From positions 300,001 through 332,000 of the forward strand of contig NZ_AP023215.1 in assembly GCF_016593155.1 (NCBI RefSeq): a stretch of 32,000 nucleotides of DNA, in the 5' to 3' direction. The notes under the pieces were generated by a model. It saw only the letters and a program-made list of their open reading frames with translations, did not search any database and had not been told where the DNA came from. The stretch comes from Candidatus Saccharimonadota bacterium (GTDB taxonomy: Bacteria; Pseudomonadota; Gammaproteobacteria; Burkholderiales; Burkholderiaceae). The position numbers were made by a program, and so were the translations under genes. The stretch's first letter is position 1. Each line of letters begins with the position of its first letter. Positions 19,759 to 30,069 of this stretch are shown here, one piece after another.

Positions 19759-21555
19759 TTATTTTTTTTTATCTATTTTTAATATTGCTAAAAAAGCTTC
19801 TTTAGGTATTCCAACGACACCTATTTGTTTTAAATTTTTTTTTCCTGCTTTTTGTTTTTCAAGTAATTTTTTTTTTCTACTAATATCTCCTCCATAACAT
19901 TTTGCAAGCACATTTTTTCGTAAAGATTTTATATTTTCACGTGCAATAATATTTGCACCAATAGTCGCTTGAATGATTACATCAAACATTTGTCTCGGTA
20001 TTAATTCTTTCATTTTAGCTACTATTGCCTTTCCTTTGTGTCTACTATTAATACGATGTAAAATACTAGAAAGAGCATCAATTTTTTCATTGTTTATTAA
20101 TATGTCGAGTTTAATAACATCAGAAGATCGATATTCTTTAAATTCATATTCCATAGAAGCAAAACCATGAGAAATAGATTTTAAAGTATCAAAAAAATCA
20201 AATATTATTTCAGACATAGGAATTTCATATGTTAATTTCACATGCATACCATGATAATCTATATTAATTTGTATACCTCTTCTATGGATACATAAATTCA
20301 TAATAACACCAACATATTCTTTGGGTGTATATAAATTAATTATAACAATTGGCTCCTGAATTTCTAAAATTTTAATTGTTTCTGGTATTTTAGAAGGATT
20401 ATCTATCATTAATATAGTATTATTTTTCATTAAAACTTTGTAAATTACAGTCGGGGCAGTGGTAATTAAATCAATATTAAATTCTCTTTTTAATCGCTCT
20501 TGAACTATTTCCATATGTAATAATCCAAGAAATCCACAACGAAATCCAAAACCTAATGCTTGAGAAGTTTCTGGGTTATATTTTAATGCTGAATCATTTA
20601 ATTTAAGTTTTTCTAATGATTTTTTTAAGGTATTAAATTCATTATTTTTTAATGGAAATAATCCAGAAAATACTTGTGGTTGAACTTTTTTAAATCCCGG
20701 TAATGCATTTAAAGACGGAAAGTTTGCTAATGTTATAGTATCTCCAACTTTTGCTATTTTTACTTCTTTAATTCCAGCCACAATAAAACCAACTTGTCCA
20801 GCTGATAATGATGAGCATTTATATGATTTTGGAGTAAAAATTCCAATATTTTCTACTAAATGTTTTGTACCATTTGACATTAGTAAAATTTTTTCTTTAA
20901 TATGTAATTTACCATTAATAACGCGAACTAACATTACTACACCAACATAATTATCAAACCATGAATCAATAATTAAAGCTTGTAAAGGGGCATCAATATT
21001 ACCTTTTGGGTGTGGAATTTTAGAAATTAAATTTTCTAATATTTCTAAGACACCAAAACCAGTTTTACCTGAGCAAAATATTGCATTTTTAGAATTAATT
21101 CCAATTATATTTTCTATTTCTAAAAGAGTATTATTTATATTTGCGTTAGGTAAATCAATTTTGTTTAATACTGGTATTACTTTAACATTCATATCTATTG
21201 CCATATAACAATTTGCAACAGTTTGAGCTTCAACTCCTTGAGTTGCATCAATTAATAATAGAGCTCCTTCACATGCAGATAATGAACGATTAACTTCATA
21301 ACTAAAATCAACATGCCCAGGAGTATCTATTAAATTTAAATTATAGATTAAACCATTTTTTGCTTTATATGATAAAGCGGCGGTTTGGGCTTTTATAGTA
21401 ATCCCTCTTTCTCGTTCAATATCCATAGAATCTAAAACCTGAGATTCCATTTCTCGAGTAGATAATCCTCCGCAGATTTGAATAATACGATCTGCTAATG
21501 TTGATTTTCCATGGTCAATATGAGCGATAATAGAGAAATTTCGTATATTTTTCAT
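19759..21555 (-). CDS. lepA: Translation elongation factor 4 (LepA)
   Basis: 598-aa ORF. GTPase motifs 'AHIDHGKST', 'DTPGH' and 'NKIDL'. The LepA-specific C-terminal domain includes '[22 protein letters not shown]'. Confidence 0.95.
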   Translation of the reverse strand: MKNIRNFSIIAHIDHGKSTLADRIIQICGGLSTREMESQVLDSMDIERERGITIKAQTAALSYKAKNGLIYNLNLIDTPGHVDFSYEVNRSLSACEGALLLIDATQGVEAQTVANCYMAIDMNVKVIPVLNKIDLPNANINNTLLEIENIIGINSKNAIFCSGKTGFGVLEILENLISKIPHPKGNIDAPLQALIIDSWFDNYVGVVMLVRVINGKLHIKEKILLMSNGTKHLVENIGIFTPKSYKCSSLSAGQVGFIVAGIKEVKIAKVGDTITLANFPSLNALPGFKKVQPQVFSGLFPLKNNEFNTLKKSLEKLKLNDSALKYNPETSQALGFGFRCGFLGLLHMEIVQERLKREFNIDLITTAPTVIYKVLMKNNTILMIDNPSKIPETIKILEIQEPIVIINLYTPKEYVGVIMNLCIHRRGIQINIDYHGMHVKLTYEIPMSEIIFDFFDTLKSISHGFASMEYEFKEYRSSDVIKLDILINNEKIDALSSILHRINSRHKGKAIVAKMKELIPRQMFDVIIQATIGANIIARENIKSLRKNVLAKCYGGDISRKKKLLEKQKAGKKNLKQIGVVGIPKEAFLAILKIDKKK

Positions 21556-21586
21556 TTTATTTATTTTTAAGAATTATAAATATTAA

Positions 21587-22846
21587 TTATAGTAATTTTA
21601 CTCGGATAAATTTACGTTTTCCAGCTTGTAATACAAAAATACCATTATTTAATTGTAAATTTTTATCACTAATTATAATTCCATTAACACGAATTCCTCT
21701 TTGTTCAATCATTCTTAATGCACTAGAAATAGAGGGGCATAAATTAATTTGTTTGAGTAAATTTCCAATATAAAATGGTGCGCCATATATTTCTAATTCA
21801 GGAATATTATCTGGAATTCCACCCTTAGAACGTTTTATAAAATCATATAAAGCATCATTAGACGCGGATTTTGAGTGAAAACGAGTGACGATTTTTTTAG
21901 CTAAAGTAATTTTAAAATCACGAGGATTTTTTCCAGAAATTATTTCAGTTTTAAAATTAGAAATAGTACTTGAGGAATACTTAAGTATTAATTCATAATA
22001 ACGCCACATCATTGAATCAGATATGCTCATTATTTTAGCAAACATAATATTGCTAGGTTCGGTAATACCAATATAATTATTTTTCGATTTTGACATTTTT
22101 TGAACCCCATCTAAACCTTCTAATAGTGGCATAGTTAAAATGCATTGAGGTTCTTGAGAATAATTTCTTTGTATTTCTCTAGCAACTAATAGATTAAATT
22201 TTTGATCTACCCCCCCTATTTCAAGATCAGATTTTAATGCTACTGAATCATAACCCTGAATTAGAGGATATAGAAATTCATGTATTGAGATTGATATTCT
22301 ATTTTTATATCTTTTTGTAAAATCTTCCCTTTCCATCATACGCGCTACATTATAATAAGATGTTAATTTAATAATATCTTTTGCGCTTAATTGATTACAC
22401 CATTTAGAATTGTAGCAAACTTCAGTTTTTTCTATATCTAATATTAAAGAAATTTGTGAAAAGTAAGTTTGCGCATTAAAATTAATTTGTTCATCTGTTA
22501 ATAATGGACGAGTAATATTTTTTCCGGTTGGATCACCGATGATTGCAGTAAAATCTCCAACTAAAAAAAATACTTGATGACCAAGATTTTGTAATTGATG
22601 TAATTTATCTAAGACTATAATATGTCCAAGATGGATATCAGGGCTAGTCGGATCAAATCCAAGTTTAATACGTAAAGGTTTATTGGTATCTTCGGAACGT
22701 ATTAATTTTTTTATAAGTTCTGATTCTAGTAGTAATTCTTTAATTCCATTTTTAATGATTTCTAAGGAATTAAATATTTTATCGGATATAAAAAGGGGCT
22801 GTATTGTAGAATTAGTATTAGTTTTAGATTTTAATTTAGGATTCAT
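21587..22846 (-). CDS. tyrS: Tyrosine--tRNA ligase (type 2)
   Basis: 419-aa ORF. HIGH motif 'PDIHLGH', 'KMSKSKNNYI' KMSKS motif, and a C-terminal S4-like domain 'SALRMIEQRGIRVNG'. Confidence 0.93.
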   Translation of the reverse strand: MNPKLKSKTNTNSTIQPLFISDKIFNSLEIIKNGIKELLLESELIKKLIRSEDTNKPLRIKLGFDPTSPDIHLGHIIVLDKLHQLQNLGHQVFFLVGDFTAIIGDPTGKNITRPLLTDEQINFNAQTYFSQISLILDIEKTEVCYNSKWCNQLSAKDIIKLTSYYNVARMMEREDFTKRYKNRISISIHEFLYPLIQGYDSVALKSDLEIGGVDQKFNLLVAREIQRNYSQEPQCILTMPLLEGLDGVQKMSKSKNNYIGITEPSNIMFAKIMSISDSMMWRYYELILKYSSSTISNFKTEIISGKNPRDFKITLAKKIVTRFHSKSASNDALYDFIKRSKGGIPDNIPELEIYGAPFYIGNLLKQINLCPSISSALRMIEQRGIRVNGIIISDKNLQLNNGIFVLQAGKRKFIRVKLL

Positions 22847-23069
22847 TCATAATAATTTAGTTGTTTTTAAAAATTTATTATTAATAATTTTTATTATGTT
22901 TTTAAAGAAAATTTTAAAAAGTTTTTTATGTTTTAATAAGTTTAAATTTATTTAATTATTTATTTTAAAATTAAATTGATGTAAATTTAATTTTATTATA
23001 CTCTAAGAATTGCTTAATAAAATTTTTTTAAATATATAAAAAGGAAAAACTTTAAATTTATTAAAAAAT

Positions 23070-23579
23070 ATGACTTTATTGCCTATTATTTATTATCCAG
23101 ATATACGTTTAAAAAAAATAGCGGAACCAGTTACAGAGTTTGATTTAAATTTAAAAAAAATAATTTTTAATATGACTGAAACTATGTATAATGCTACGGG
23201 AATTGGTTTAGCTGCTTCACAGGTTGATATACATAAACAATTATTAATATTAGATATTTCAAAAAATAGTAATAAATTGCAGGTTTTTGTAAATCCAAAA
23301 ATTATATGGTATAGCAAGGAAAAACAAATTTATAATGAGGGTTGTTTATCTTTACCTGGAATATTTAATAAAATAAAACGCTCTAAATTCATTCGAGTAC
23401 ATGCATTAAATATTGAAGGAAAAATATTTGAAATAATAGCTGAAGGATTATTGGCAATTTGTTTGCAGCATGAAATAGATCATTTAAATGGAAAAATATT
23501 TATTGAATATTTATCGAATTTTAAAAAAGAACGAATTATAAAAAAAATATTAAAAAAAAATAAAAAAATTAAAATATAA
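23070..23579 (+). CDS. def: Peptide deformylase
   Basis: 169-aa ORF carrying the three Def motifs 'GIGLAASQV', 'EGCLS' and 'QHEIDH'. Confidence 0.93.
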   Translation: MTLLPIIYYPDIRLKKIAEPVTEFDLNLKKIIFNMTETMYNATGIGLAASQVDIHKQLLILDISKNSNKLQVFVNPKIIWYSKEKQIYNEGCLSLPGIFNKIKRSKFIRVHALNIEGKIFEIIAEGLLAICLQHEIDHLNGKIFIEYLSNFKKERIIKKILKKNKKIKI

Positions 23580-23608
23580 TTTTTATAAAAAATAAATTCT
23601 AATTATTT

Positions 23609-24790
23609 TTATAAACGATGACTGCGATCGTATTGTAAAAATTTTTTAGGCCATTTTATATTATGACCTAATACTAGTATTTTAAATAATTCCCCCATTT
23701 CTCCTAAAGAAATTAATTTTTTTATACCATTAATTTGTTGCAGATGTTGTATAATATTATTTTTATTTTTAAACATAAATTTAGATAAAATATTACAAAT
23801 ACCAGAATTTATTAAAAATCCAGATTGACTAGTATAATTTAATAAATTTAAGCCATTATCAGTTGCTATTTTTGCAATTGCTGTAAAATCAATATGAGCT
23901 GTTATATCTTGTAAACCAGGCAAGTAAAATGGATCAAAATTTATATTATGTTTATAATGACACATCAAAGTTCCTTGAGATCGTTGATCTAAATAATATT
24001 CATTTGATGGAAATCCATAATCTATTAATAAAATTAATATACTATTATTTTTTGATTGATTATTTTTTTTATTTATTAATGTTTTTGCTAATGATGCTAT
24101 AAATTTTATAGCAACTGAATGTATTTCTGTTAAATATCCAATCGGAAGTAATTTTTCATTAGTTATTTGTTTAATAAAATTTAAGCTACAAGGACGATCT
24201 TTAAATATAAATTTTCCGTTTTTTTTATTATTAATCCATGTAACACCTCTTTCATACCAACAATTAATACCTTTTGTGACTAAAGATACTGGCATAGCAT
24301 CTAATACTTCATTAAGTATGATTAAACCAGAAAAATTCTTTGGACAATTATTTAACCATTCTATGTTTGTAAAATCAATTAACATTTTTTTTTGTCTATT
24401 ACGTAATTTAGGAGATAATTCAATAATAATATATTTTTCAAGTTTAATATTAAATAGATTAAATGCAGTAAGAATATCTTTAGCTAATTTCCCATTACCA
24501 GAACCAAATTCCATTATTATAGGTTCAGTTTGTTCAAAAATTTCGATTGCTAATTTGGTTAATGTTATACCAAAAAATGATGAAATTTCAGGTGCTGTTA
24601 TAAAATCACCATTTTCACCAAATTTAATAGAATTATTATTATAGTAACCTAAATTTTTTGCGTATAAGGCTAGTTCCATATAACGTTTAAATGAAATCCA
24701 GCCATTTTTTTTGTATATATCTTTTATAATTAAATTTTTTAGTAAATTAGAAAAAAAAATATCTTTATTGAAAGTATCAATATTATGCAT
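23609..24790 (-). CDS. Class I SAM-dependent methyltransferase, MidA/NDUFAF7 (DUF185) family
   Basis: 393-aa ORF. 'GDFITAPEISSFFG' and 'EFGSGNGKLAKD' (SAM-binding GxGxG), followed by 'NEVLDAMPV', are the characteristic MidA-family blocks. Confidence 0.8.
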   Translation of the reverse strand: MHNIDTFNKDIFFSNLLKNLIIKDIYKKNGWISFKRYMELALYAKNLGYYNNNSIKFGENGDFITAPEISSFFGITLTKLAIEIFEQTEPIIMEFGSGNGKLAKDILTAFNLFNIKLEKYIIIELSPKLRNRQKKMLIDFTNIEWLNNCPKNFSGLIILNEVLDAMPVSLVTKGINCWYERGVTWINNKKNGKFIFKDRPCSLNFIKQITNEKLLPIGYLTEIHSVAIKFIASLAKTLINKKNNQSKNNSILILLIDYGFPSNEYYLDQRSQGTLMCHYKHNINFDPFYLPGLQDITAHIDFTAIAKIATDNGLNLLNYTSQSGFLINSGICNILSKFMFKNKNNIIQHLQQINGIKKLISLGEMGELFKILVLGHNIKWPKKFLQYDRSHRL

Positions 24791-25343
24791 TTTTAAAATG
24801 TAAAATTTAAAAAAAATAGTTATGCGAATTAATTGAGAAGAAGTTCTAGATGTTATTTTTTAAGAAAAACAAAAATTAGAAGAAGTAATTATTAATTATT
24901 CTACTGATTATATATTTAATGGCACAAAAAAATAAAATATATCATGAAGATAATTCATAATTAATCTGATATATATTGGATTTTTAAAATTAGTTAGATA
25001 TATAATTCTTCTGATAATAATTTTATAAGAAGAATTTTTATATTAAAAAGAAAAATTGAAAATAGTTTCTGATCAATTAGAAATTTAAATTTAGTTAAAA
25101 ATTATTAGTTCTAAAAAAATTTTAAATTTACAATTAGAATATATTCATTTAACAAGCGATATTTATAATATAATGACATTTAGTAAAACATGGTATAAAT
25201 TATGCCTTATTTGTTATTAATTACTTACGCATAAATTTAATGAATATATCTAATAATATTAAAATTATATCAATTCTTTCTAAATTGTATTTTGTTTGTA
25301 TGAAATTATTAAAAATAATAATTAATTAAATTAATATATAAAA

Positions 25344-25718
25344 ATGGAATTAGAAAATATTATAAATATAAATTATCAAACTATTGTTGCTTATAATAAT
25401 TATAGCGTTAAATTTAGAAATGGAATTTTTTATAAAAAAAGTTTTTTAGTATCACCAACAATAGATCCTATTTTTTGGTCGATAAATGGATATAATTTTC
25501 TTACTAAAAAAGATTTTATTTATATTTCTAAATTTAATCCAACTATAGTTATTTTAGGAACTGGTAGTATTCAACATTTTATTCATCCAAAATTAACTTA
25601 TATTTTAACTCAAAAAAATATTGGAATTGAATGCATGAATAATCAAGCAGCATGTCGTACTTACAATATTTTAGTATTTGATGATATTAAAGTCATGTTA
25701 GCTCTTATTTTTGATTAA
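25344..25718 (+). CDS. Mth938-domain (DUF498, NDUFAF3-like) protein
   Basis: 124-aa ORF. 'VILGTGSIQHFIHPKL...GIGIECMNNQAACRTYNILVFDDIKVMLALI' matches the conserved GTG...G(I/V)E.M....A.RTYNIL core of this family. Confidence 0.75.
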   Translation: MELENIININYQTIVAYNNYSVKFRNGIFYKKSFLVSPTIDPIFWSINGYNFLTKKDFIYISKFNPTIVILGTGSIQHFIHPKLTYILTQKNIGIECMNNQAACRTYNILVFDDIKVMLALIFD

Positions 25719-25729
25719 TAAAACAATTA

Positions 25730-27088
25730 TTAAACATTATTAAATTTAGTATATTGACCAGAAAAGGTTAGTCGAATATTACCAATTGGACCATTGCGTT
25801 GTTTGCTAACAATAATTTCAGCAATACCTTTATCAGCTGAATTTTGATTATAAACTTCATCGCGATATATAAATAAAATAAGATCAGCATCTTGCTCAAT
25901 AGCACCTGATTCACGTAAATCTGACATTATAGGACGTTTATTTTGACGTTGTTCTAATGAACGATTTAATTGTGATAAAGCAAGTATTGGGCAATTAATT
26001 TCCTTAGCTAATCCCTTTAAATTTCGAGAAATTTCAGAAATTTCAGTAGCTCTATTTTCCCCGCTAGAACTTGCGGACATTAATTGTAAATAATCGATTA
26101 TAATTACACCAATTTTTCCACATTGTCTAGATAAGCGTCTTGAATTCGCTCGTAATTCTATTACATTTAAAGATGGAGTTTCATCAATATATAATTGAGA
26201 TTTATTAATTTTTTTAATTGAATCATTTATTCTCGGCCAATCATCACTAGAAAGACGACCAGTTCGTAATTTATGTTGATCTAGTTTTCCAACTGAACCA
26301 AGCATTCTCATGGCTAATTGAGCTCCACTCATTTCCATTGAAAATATAGCAACAGGTAATTTATTTTTAATTGCAATATGCTCTCCTATATTAAGAGAAA
26401 AAGCAGTTTTTCCCATAGAAGGTCTTCCCGCAACAATGATTAAGTCTCCAGGCTGTAATCCAGATGTTATTTTATCAAGTTCAAAAAATCCAGTTGAAAT
26501 ACCGGTAACATCATTATTATTAATACCTTGATTATATAATTTATTAATACGTTCTATAACCCGATTTAATAATGGTTGAATTTTCTGGAAACCTTTATTT
26601 ATGCATATTTCTTTTTCCGCAATTGAAAAAATCTTTGATTCTGCTTCATCTAATATTTGTTTTACTTCTTTTCCTTCAGAAATAAAAGCCTGACTAGAGA
26701 TTTCATCAGTAATTGTAATTAATTTTCTTAATATTCCTCTATCTCGTACTATTTCAGCATAACGTCGAATATTAGCGGCTGATGGTATATTTTGCGCTAA
26801 AGAATTTAAATAAGATAAACCTCCTATTTCTTCAGCATTACCGGTATTAGATAATGAATCAAATACAGTAATAACATCCGCTGGATGTGATGAATTAATT
26901 AATTTTGTAATATGCTTAAAAATTAATTTGTGATCATAACGATAAAAATAATCTGAATTTAAACAATCTGCAATTTTATCCCAAGCAGAATTATCAAGCA
27001 ATAATCCTCCTAAAACAGATTGTTCTGATTCAATAGAATGTGGTGGTACACGAAATTTTTCATTTTTGATATTAAATGGTGCATGCAT
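25730..27088 (-). CDS. dnaB: Replicative DNA helicase DnaB
   Basis: 452-aa ORF. N-terminal 'PPHSIESEQSVLGGLL', Walker A 'GRPSMGKTAF', 'IIIDYLQLM', and 'SQLNRSLEQRQNKRPIMSDLRESGAIEQDAD'. Confidence 0.95.
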   Translation of the reverse strand: MHAPFNIKNEKFRVPPHSIESEQSVLGGLLLDNSAWDKIADCLNSDYFYRYDHKLIFKHITKLINSSHPADVITVFDSLSNTGNAEEIGGLSYLNSLAQNIPSAANIRRYAEIVRDRGILRKLITITDEISSQAFISEGKEVKQILDEAESKIFSIAEKEICINKGFQKIQPLLNRVIERINKLYNQGINNNDVTGISTGFFELDKITSGLQPGDLIIVAGRPSMGKTAFSLNIGEHIAIKNKLPVAIFSMEMSGAQLAMRMLGSVGKLDQHKLRTGRLSSDDWPRINDSIKKINKSQLYIDETPSLNVIELRANSRRLSRQCGKIGVIIIDYLQLMSASSSGENRATEISEISRNLKGLAKEINCPILALSQLNRSLEQRQNKRPIMSDLRESGAIEQDADLILFIYRDEVYNQNSADKGIAEIIVSKQRNGPIGNIRLTFSGQYTKFNNV

Positions 27089-27308
27089 ATATACTAATAT
27101 TAATTTAGAAATAATTATTTTTTTAAAATTTTTTTATTATTTTTTTTAAATTTTAAAATTCAGTTATTATAAATAGTTCATTAACGTCAAAAAGGATAAA
27201 AAGACTTTTTTTAAAATTATTCTTTTGCTGTTATTATGAACGTATGGTTATTTTTCAATATGTGAATAATTATAATTGTTATTTATTTAATTTTTCAAGA
27301 GAGTATAT

Positions 27309-27653
27309 ATGCGTCATTATGAAATTATATTTATTGTACATCCAGATCAAAGTGAACAAGTTTCAGAGATGATTGAACGTTATAAAAAAATTGTAATTTC
27401 CGGAAAGGGAAAAATACATCGTTTAGAAGACTGGGGGCGTCGATCTTTAGCTTATCAAATAAAAAAAGTAATAAAAGCACATTATATATGTTTTAATGTA
27501 GAAATTAATAAAAAAACTTTATTGGAAATTGAAACAAGTTTTAGGTTTAATGATGCAATTTTAAGATATTTAACGATAAAAACTAAAAAAGCCGAAACTG
27601 AAACATCATCTTTTTTAAGATTAATTCAGAAAGAGGAAAGTATTAAAAAATAA
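27309..27653 (+). CDS. rpsF: 30S ribosomal protein S6
   Basis: 114-aa ORF. '[18 protein letters not shown]' and '[12 protein letters not shown]' are canonical S6 blocks. An SD-like 'aagagag' lies upstream. Confidence 0.93.
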   Translation: MRHYEIIFIVHPDQSEQVSEMIERYKKIVISGKGKIHRLEDWGRRSLAYQIKKVIKAHYICFNVEINKKTLLEIETSFRFNDAILRYLTIKTKKAETETSSFLRLIQKEESIKK

Positions 27654-27737
27654 TAAATTTTTAAAATTTTAATTTTTATATTTAAGATAATACAATAAAA
27701 TGTTTTTTATATTTTATAAATAATAGGGGTTTTAAAA

Positions 27738-28022
27738 ATGATATTTGGTAAAAAAAATGACAAGAATAAATTTAAGAAAAAACGTCAACAGCAAAATCCA
27801 CTTTTTAAAAGAAAAAAATTTTGTAGATTTACCGTGATGAATATTAAGCAAATTGATTACAAGAATATTGAGATATTAAAAGATTTTGTTCAGGAAAATG
27901 GAAAAATTATAGCCGCAAGATTAACTGGAACACGTTCTCATTATCAACGTCAAATGGATACAGCAATTAAACGTGCTCGTTTTTTAGCATTATTGCCATA
28001 TACTGATTTACATAATAGATAA
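27738..28022 (+). CDS. rpsR: 30S ribosomal protein S18
   Basis: 94-aa ORF with '[13 protein letters not shown]' and '[38 protein letters not shown]'. The long basic N-terminus resembles betaproteobacterial S18. Confidence 0.93.
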   Translation: MIFGKKNDKNKFKKKRQQQNPLFKRKKFCRFTVMNIKQIDYKNIEILKDFVQENGKIIAARLTGTRSHYQRQMDTAIKRARFLALLPYTDLHNR

Positions 28023-28039
28023 TTTTTATAAGGAAGAAT

Positions 28040-28495
28040 ATGCAAATTATTTTATTAAAAGATATTCCTAATTTAGGAAAATTAGGTGAAATTATAAAAG
28101 TAAAAAATGGTTATGCGCGTAATTTTTTAATTCCACAAAATCAAGCTCGACACGCGACAAAATTTGTTATTAAAGAGTTTGAAGAAAAACGTATTAAATT
28201 AGAAAAAACTGCTTCTACAATTTTTTTAAATGCTAAAAAAATGGGAGAAGAAATTCAAAAATTAAATATAAATATTATGAAAAAATCTGGAATTGATGGG
28301 CGATTATTTGGTTCTGTAACTAATTCTGATATTGTTAAGGAATTTGAAAAAAAAGGATTAAAAATTAAAAAAAATAAAATTAGATTACCAAATAATCAAA
28401 TAAAAAAAATTGGAAATTATTATATAAATATATCATTACATAGTGACTTAAAAATTAATAAAATGATTTCTATTACTAGTGAAATAAAAACTTAA
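28040..28495 (+). CDS. rplI: 50S ribosomal protein L9
   Basis: 151-aa ORF. 'MQIILLKDIPNLGKLGEIIKVKNGYARNFLIPQ' is the canonical L9 N-domain. SD 'aggaag' at 28031-28036. Confidence 0.93.
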   Translation: MQIILLKDIPNLGKLGEIIKVKNGYARNFLIPQNQARHATKFVIKEFEEKRIKLEKTASTIFLNAKKMGEEIQKLNINIMKKSGIDGRLFGSVTNSDIVKEFEKKGLKIKKNKIRLPNNQIKKIGNYYINISLHSDLKINKMISITSEIKT

Positions 28496-28565
28496 TTAAA
28501 TTTAATAAATATTAAATTAATAAATAATTGTATTTTAAAATTATTTAATTTTTTTATAAAAAATT

Positions 28566-30014
28566 ATGATAGATGGAAATTCTACTTTTCTTTGGTATGA
28601 TTATGAAACATTTGGTTTAAATGTTCGAAGAGATAGGCCATTTCAGTTTGCTGCAATTAGAACTGATATTATGCTTAATGAAATTGATAATCCAATTATG
28701 TTATATTGTAAACCGGCTCCTGATTTTTTGCCTAATCCAAAGGCTTGTTTAATTACAAAAATTACTCCTCAATTTTGTTTAAATAATGGTATACCAGAGT
28801 ATAAATTTGCATCTATTATTGAAAGTATTTTTTTAAAACCAGGTACGATTAGTGTTGGTTATAATACAATTTCATTTGATGATGAAGTTACTCGATTTAT
28901 GTTTTGGAGAAATTTAATTAATCCCTATGAAAGAGAATGGAAAAATAATTGCAGTCGCTGGGATTTAATTAACGTAATAAGAGCTTCTTATGTATTACGT
29001 CCATATGGAATAATATGGCCATATAAAAATAATGGTAAACCAAGTTTAAAATTAGAGCATTTAAGTTTTGTTAATAATTTATTACATAAAAAATCGCATG
29101 ACGCCTTATCAGATGTTCGTGCTACATTAGGTTTAGCTAGATTAATACGTAATAATAATCCTAGATTGTTTAATTTTGCTTTATCATTACGAAAAAAAAA
29201 ATATGTTTTAATGGAGATAGGGTGGCCAATAGCTCGTCCATTTTTTTATATTTCTCATGCATTTTCTGCTAAAAATGATTATATTTCTCTTATGTGGCCT
29301 ATTTGTATACATCCAATGAATAAAAATATATTAATTACTTGGAATTTATTATATGATCCTAAACAATTTTTATTAAATGATATTAATAAAATTCGCGATT
29401 ATTTATGTTTTAAAAAGAATTCCTTAAATGAAGATATTATACCAATAAGTATGATTCATTTAAATAGATCACCAATAGTGATAAGTAATTTAAAAATATT
29501 ATCATCAAATTTAATATTTCGCTGTAAATTTGATTTAAATTGTGCTTTTAAAAATATAAAATATGCCTCATCTATATTGAGTAGAACTCATATTTGGAAA
29601 AAAATTTTTTTAGATTATAAAATTAATAATTCTAATTTAGAATTAAATATTGATGAAGAATTATATAATAATTTTATTAGTAAGAATGATAATTTAAAAT
29701 TAGCCATTTTAAGATCTATGTCTCCTCAAGAATTATCTGATGTTAATTTTTGTTTTGAAAATAAAAAGTTAAAAGAGTTAATTTTTCGTTATCGAGCAAG
29801 AAATTTTATAGAAACATTATCTTTAAAAGAATTAAAGCGCTGGGAGAAATATCGTATTTCTCGATTTTATAATAAAAAAAATAATAATTACACCATAAAT
29901 ATGTTTTATTTAGAAATACAATCTTTATTAAAAAAGGTAAATGAATATGATAAAAAAATATTAAATGCATTATTGATGTATGGAAAAAATATTATCCCAA
30001 AATATGGTTATTAA
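28566..30014 (+). CDS. sbcB: Exodeoxyribonuclease I (ExoI)
   Basis: 482-aa ORF. N-terminal 'FLWYDYETFGLNVRRDRPFQFAAIRTD' carries the DEDDh exo I motif. 'GYNTISFDDEVTR' and 'SHDALSDV' (H-x4-D) follow. Full ExoI length. Confidence 0.9.
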   Translation: MIDGNSTFLWYDYETFGLNVRRDRPFQFAAIRTDIMLNEIDNPIMLYCKPAPDFLPNPKACLITKITPQFCLNNGIPEYKFASIIESIFLKPGTISVGYNTISFDDEVTRFMFWRNLINPYEREWKNNCSRWDLINVIRASYVLRPYGIIWPYKNNGKPSLKLEHLSFVNNLLHKKSHDALSDVRATLGLARLIRNNNPRLFNFALSLRKKKYVLMEIGWPIARPFFYISHAFSAKNDYISLMWPICIHPMNKNILITWNLLYDPKQFLLNDINKIRDYLCFKKNSLNEDIIPISMIHLNRSPIVISNLKILSSNLIFRCKFDLNCAFKNIKYASSILSRTHIWKKIFLDYKINNSNLELNIDEELYNNFISKNDNLKLAILRSMSPQELSDVNFCFENKKLKELIFRYRARNFIETLSLKELKRWEKYRISRFYNKKNNNYTINMFYLEIQSLLKKVNEYDKKILNALLMYGKNIIPKYGY

Positions 30015-30069
30015 TATTTTATATTAATTTCTTAAAATATTGATTTTTTAAATTATAAATAATTTTATT

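Noticed and set aside
19973-20170. 65-aa ORF antisense within lepA
   Set aside because: It is embedded in a supported CDS and has no motifs.
22683-22955. 90-aa ORF overlapping the tyrS 5' end and upstream spacer
   Set aside because: It is low-complexity and antisense to tyrS for most of its length, with no homology signal.
23093-23317. 74-aa ORF antisense within def
   Set aside because: It is embedded in a supported CDS and has no motifs.
24276-24644. 122-aa ORF antisense to the MidA-like methyltransferase
   Set aside because: It lies entirely inside a well-supported CDS on the opposite strand and has no recognisable motif, SD or start context. It is most likely a chance open antisense frame.
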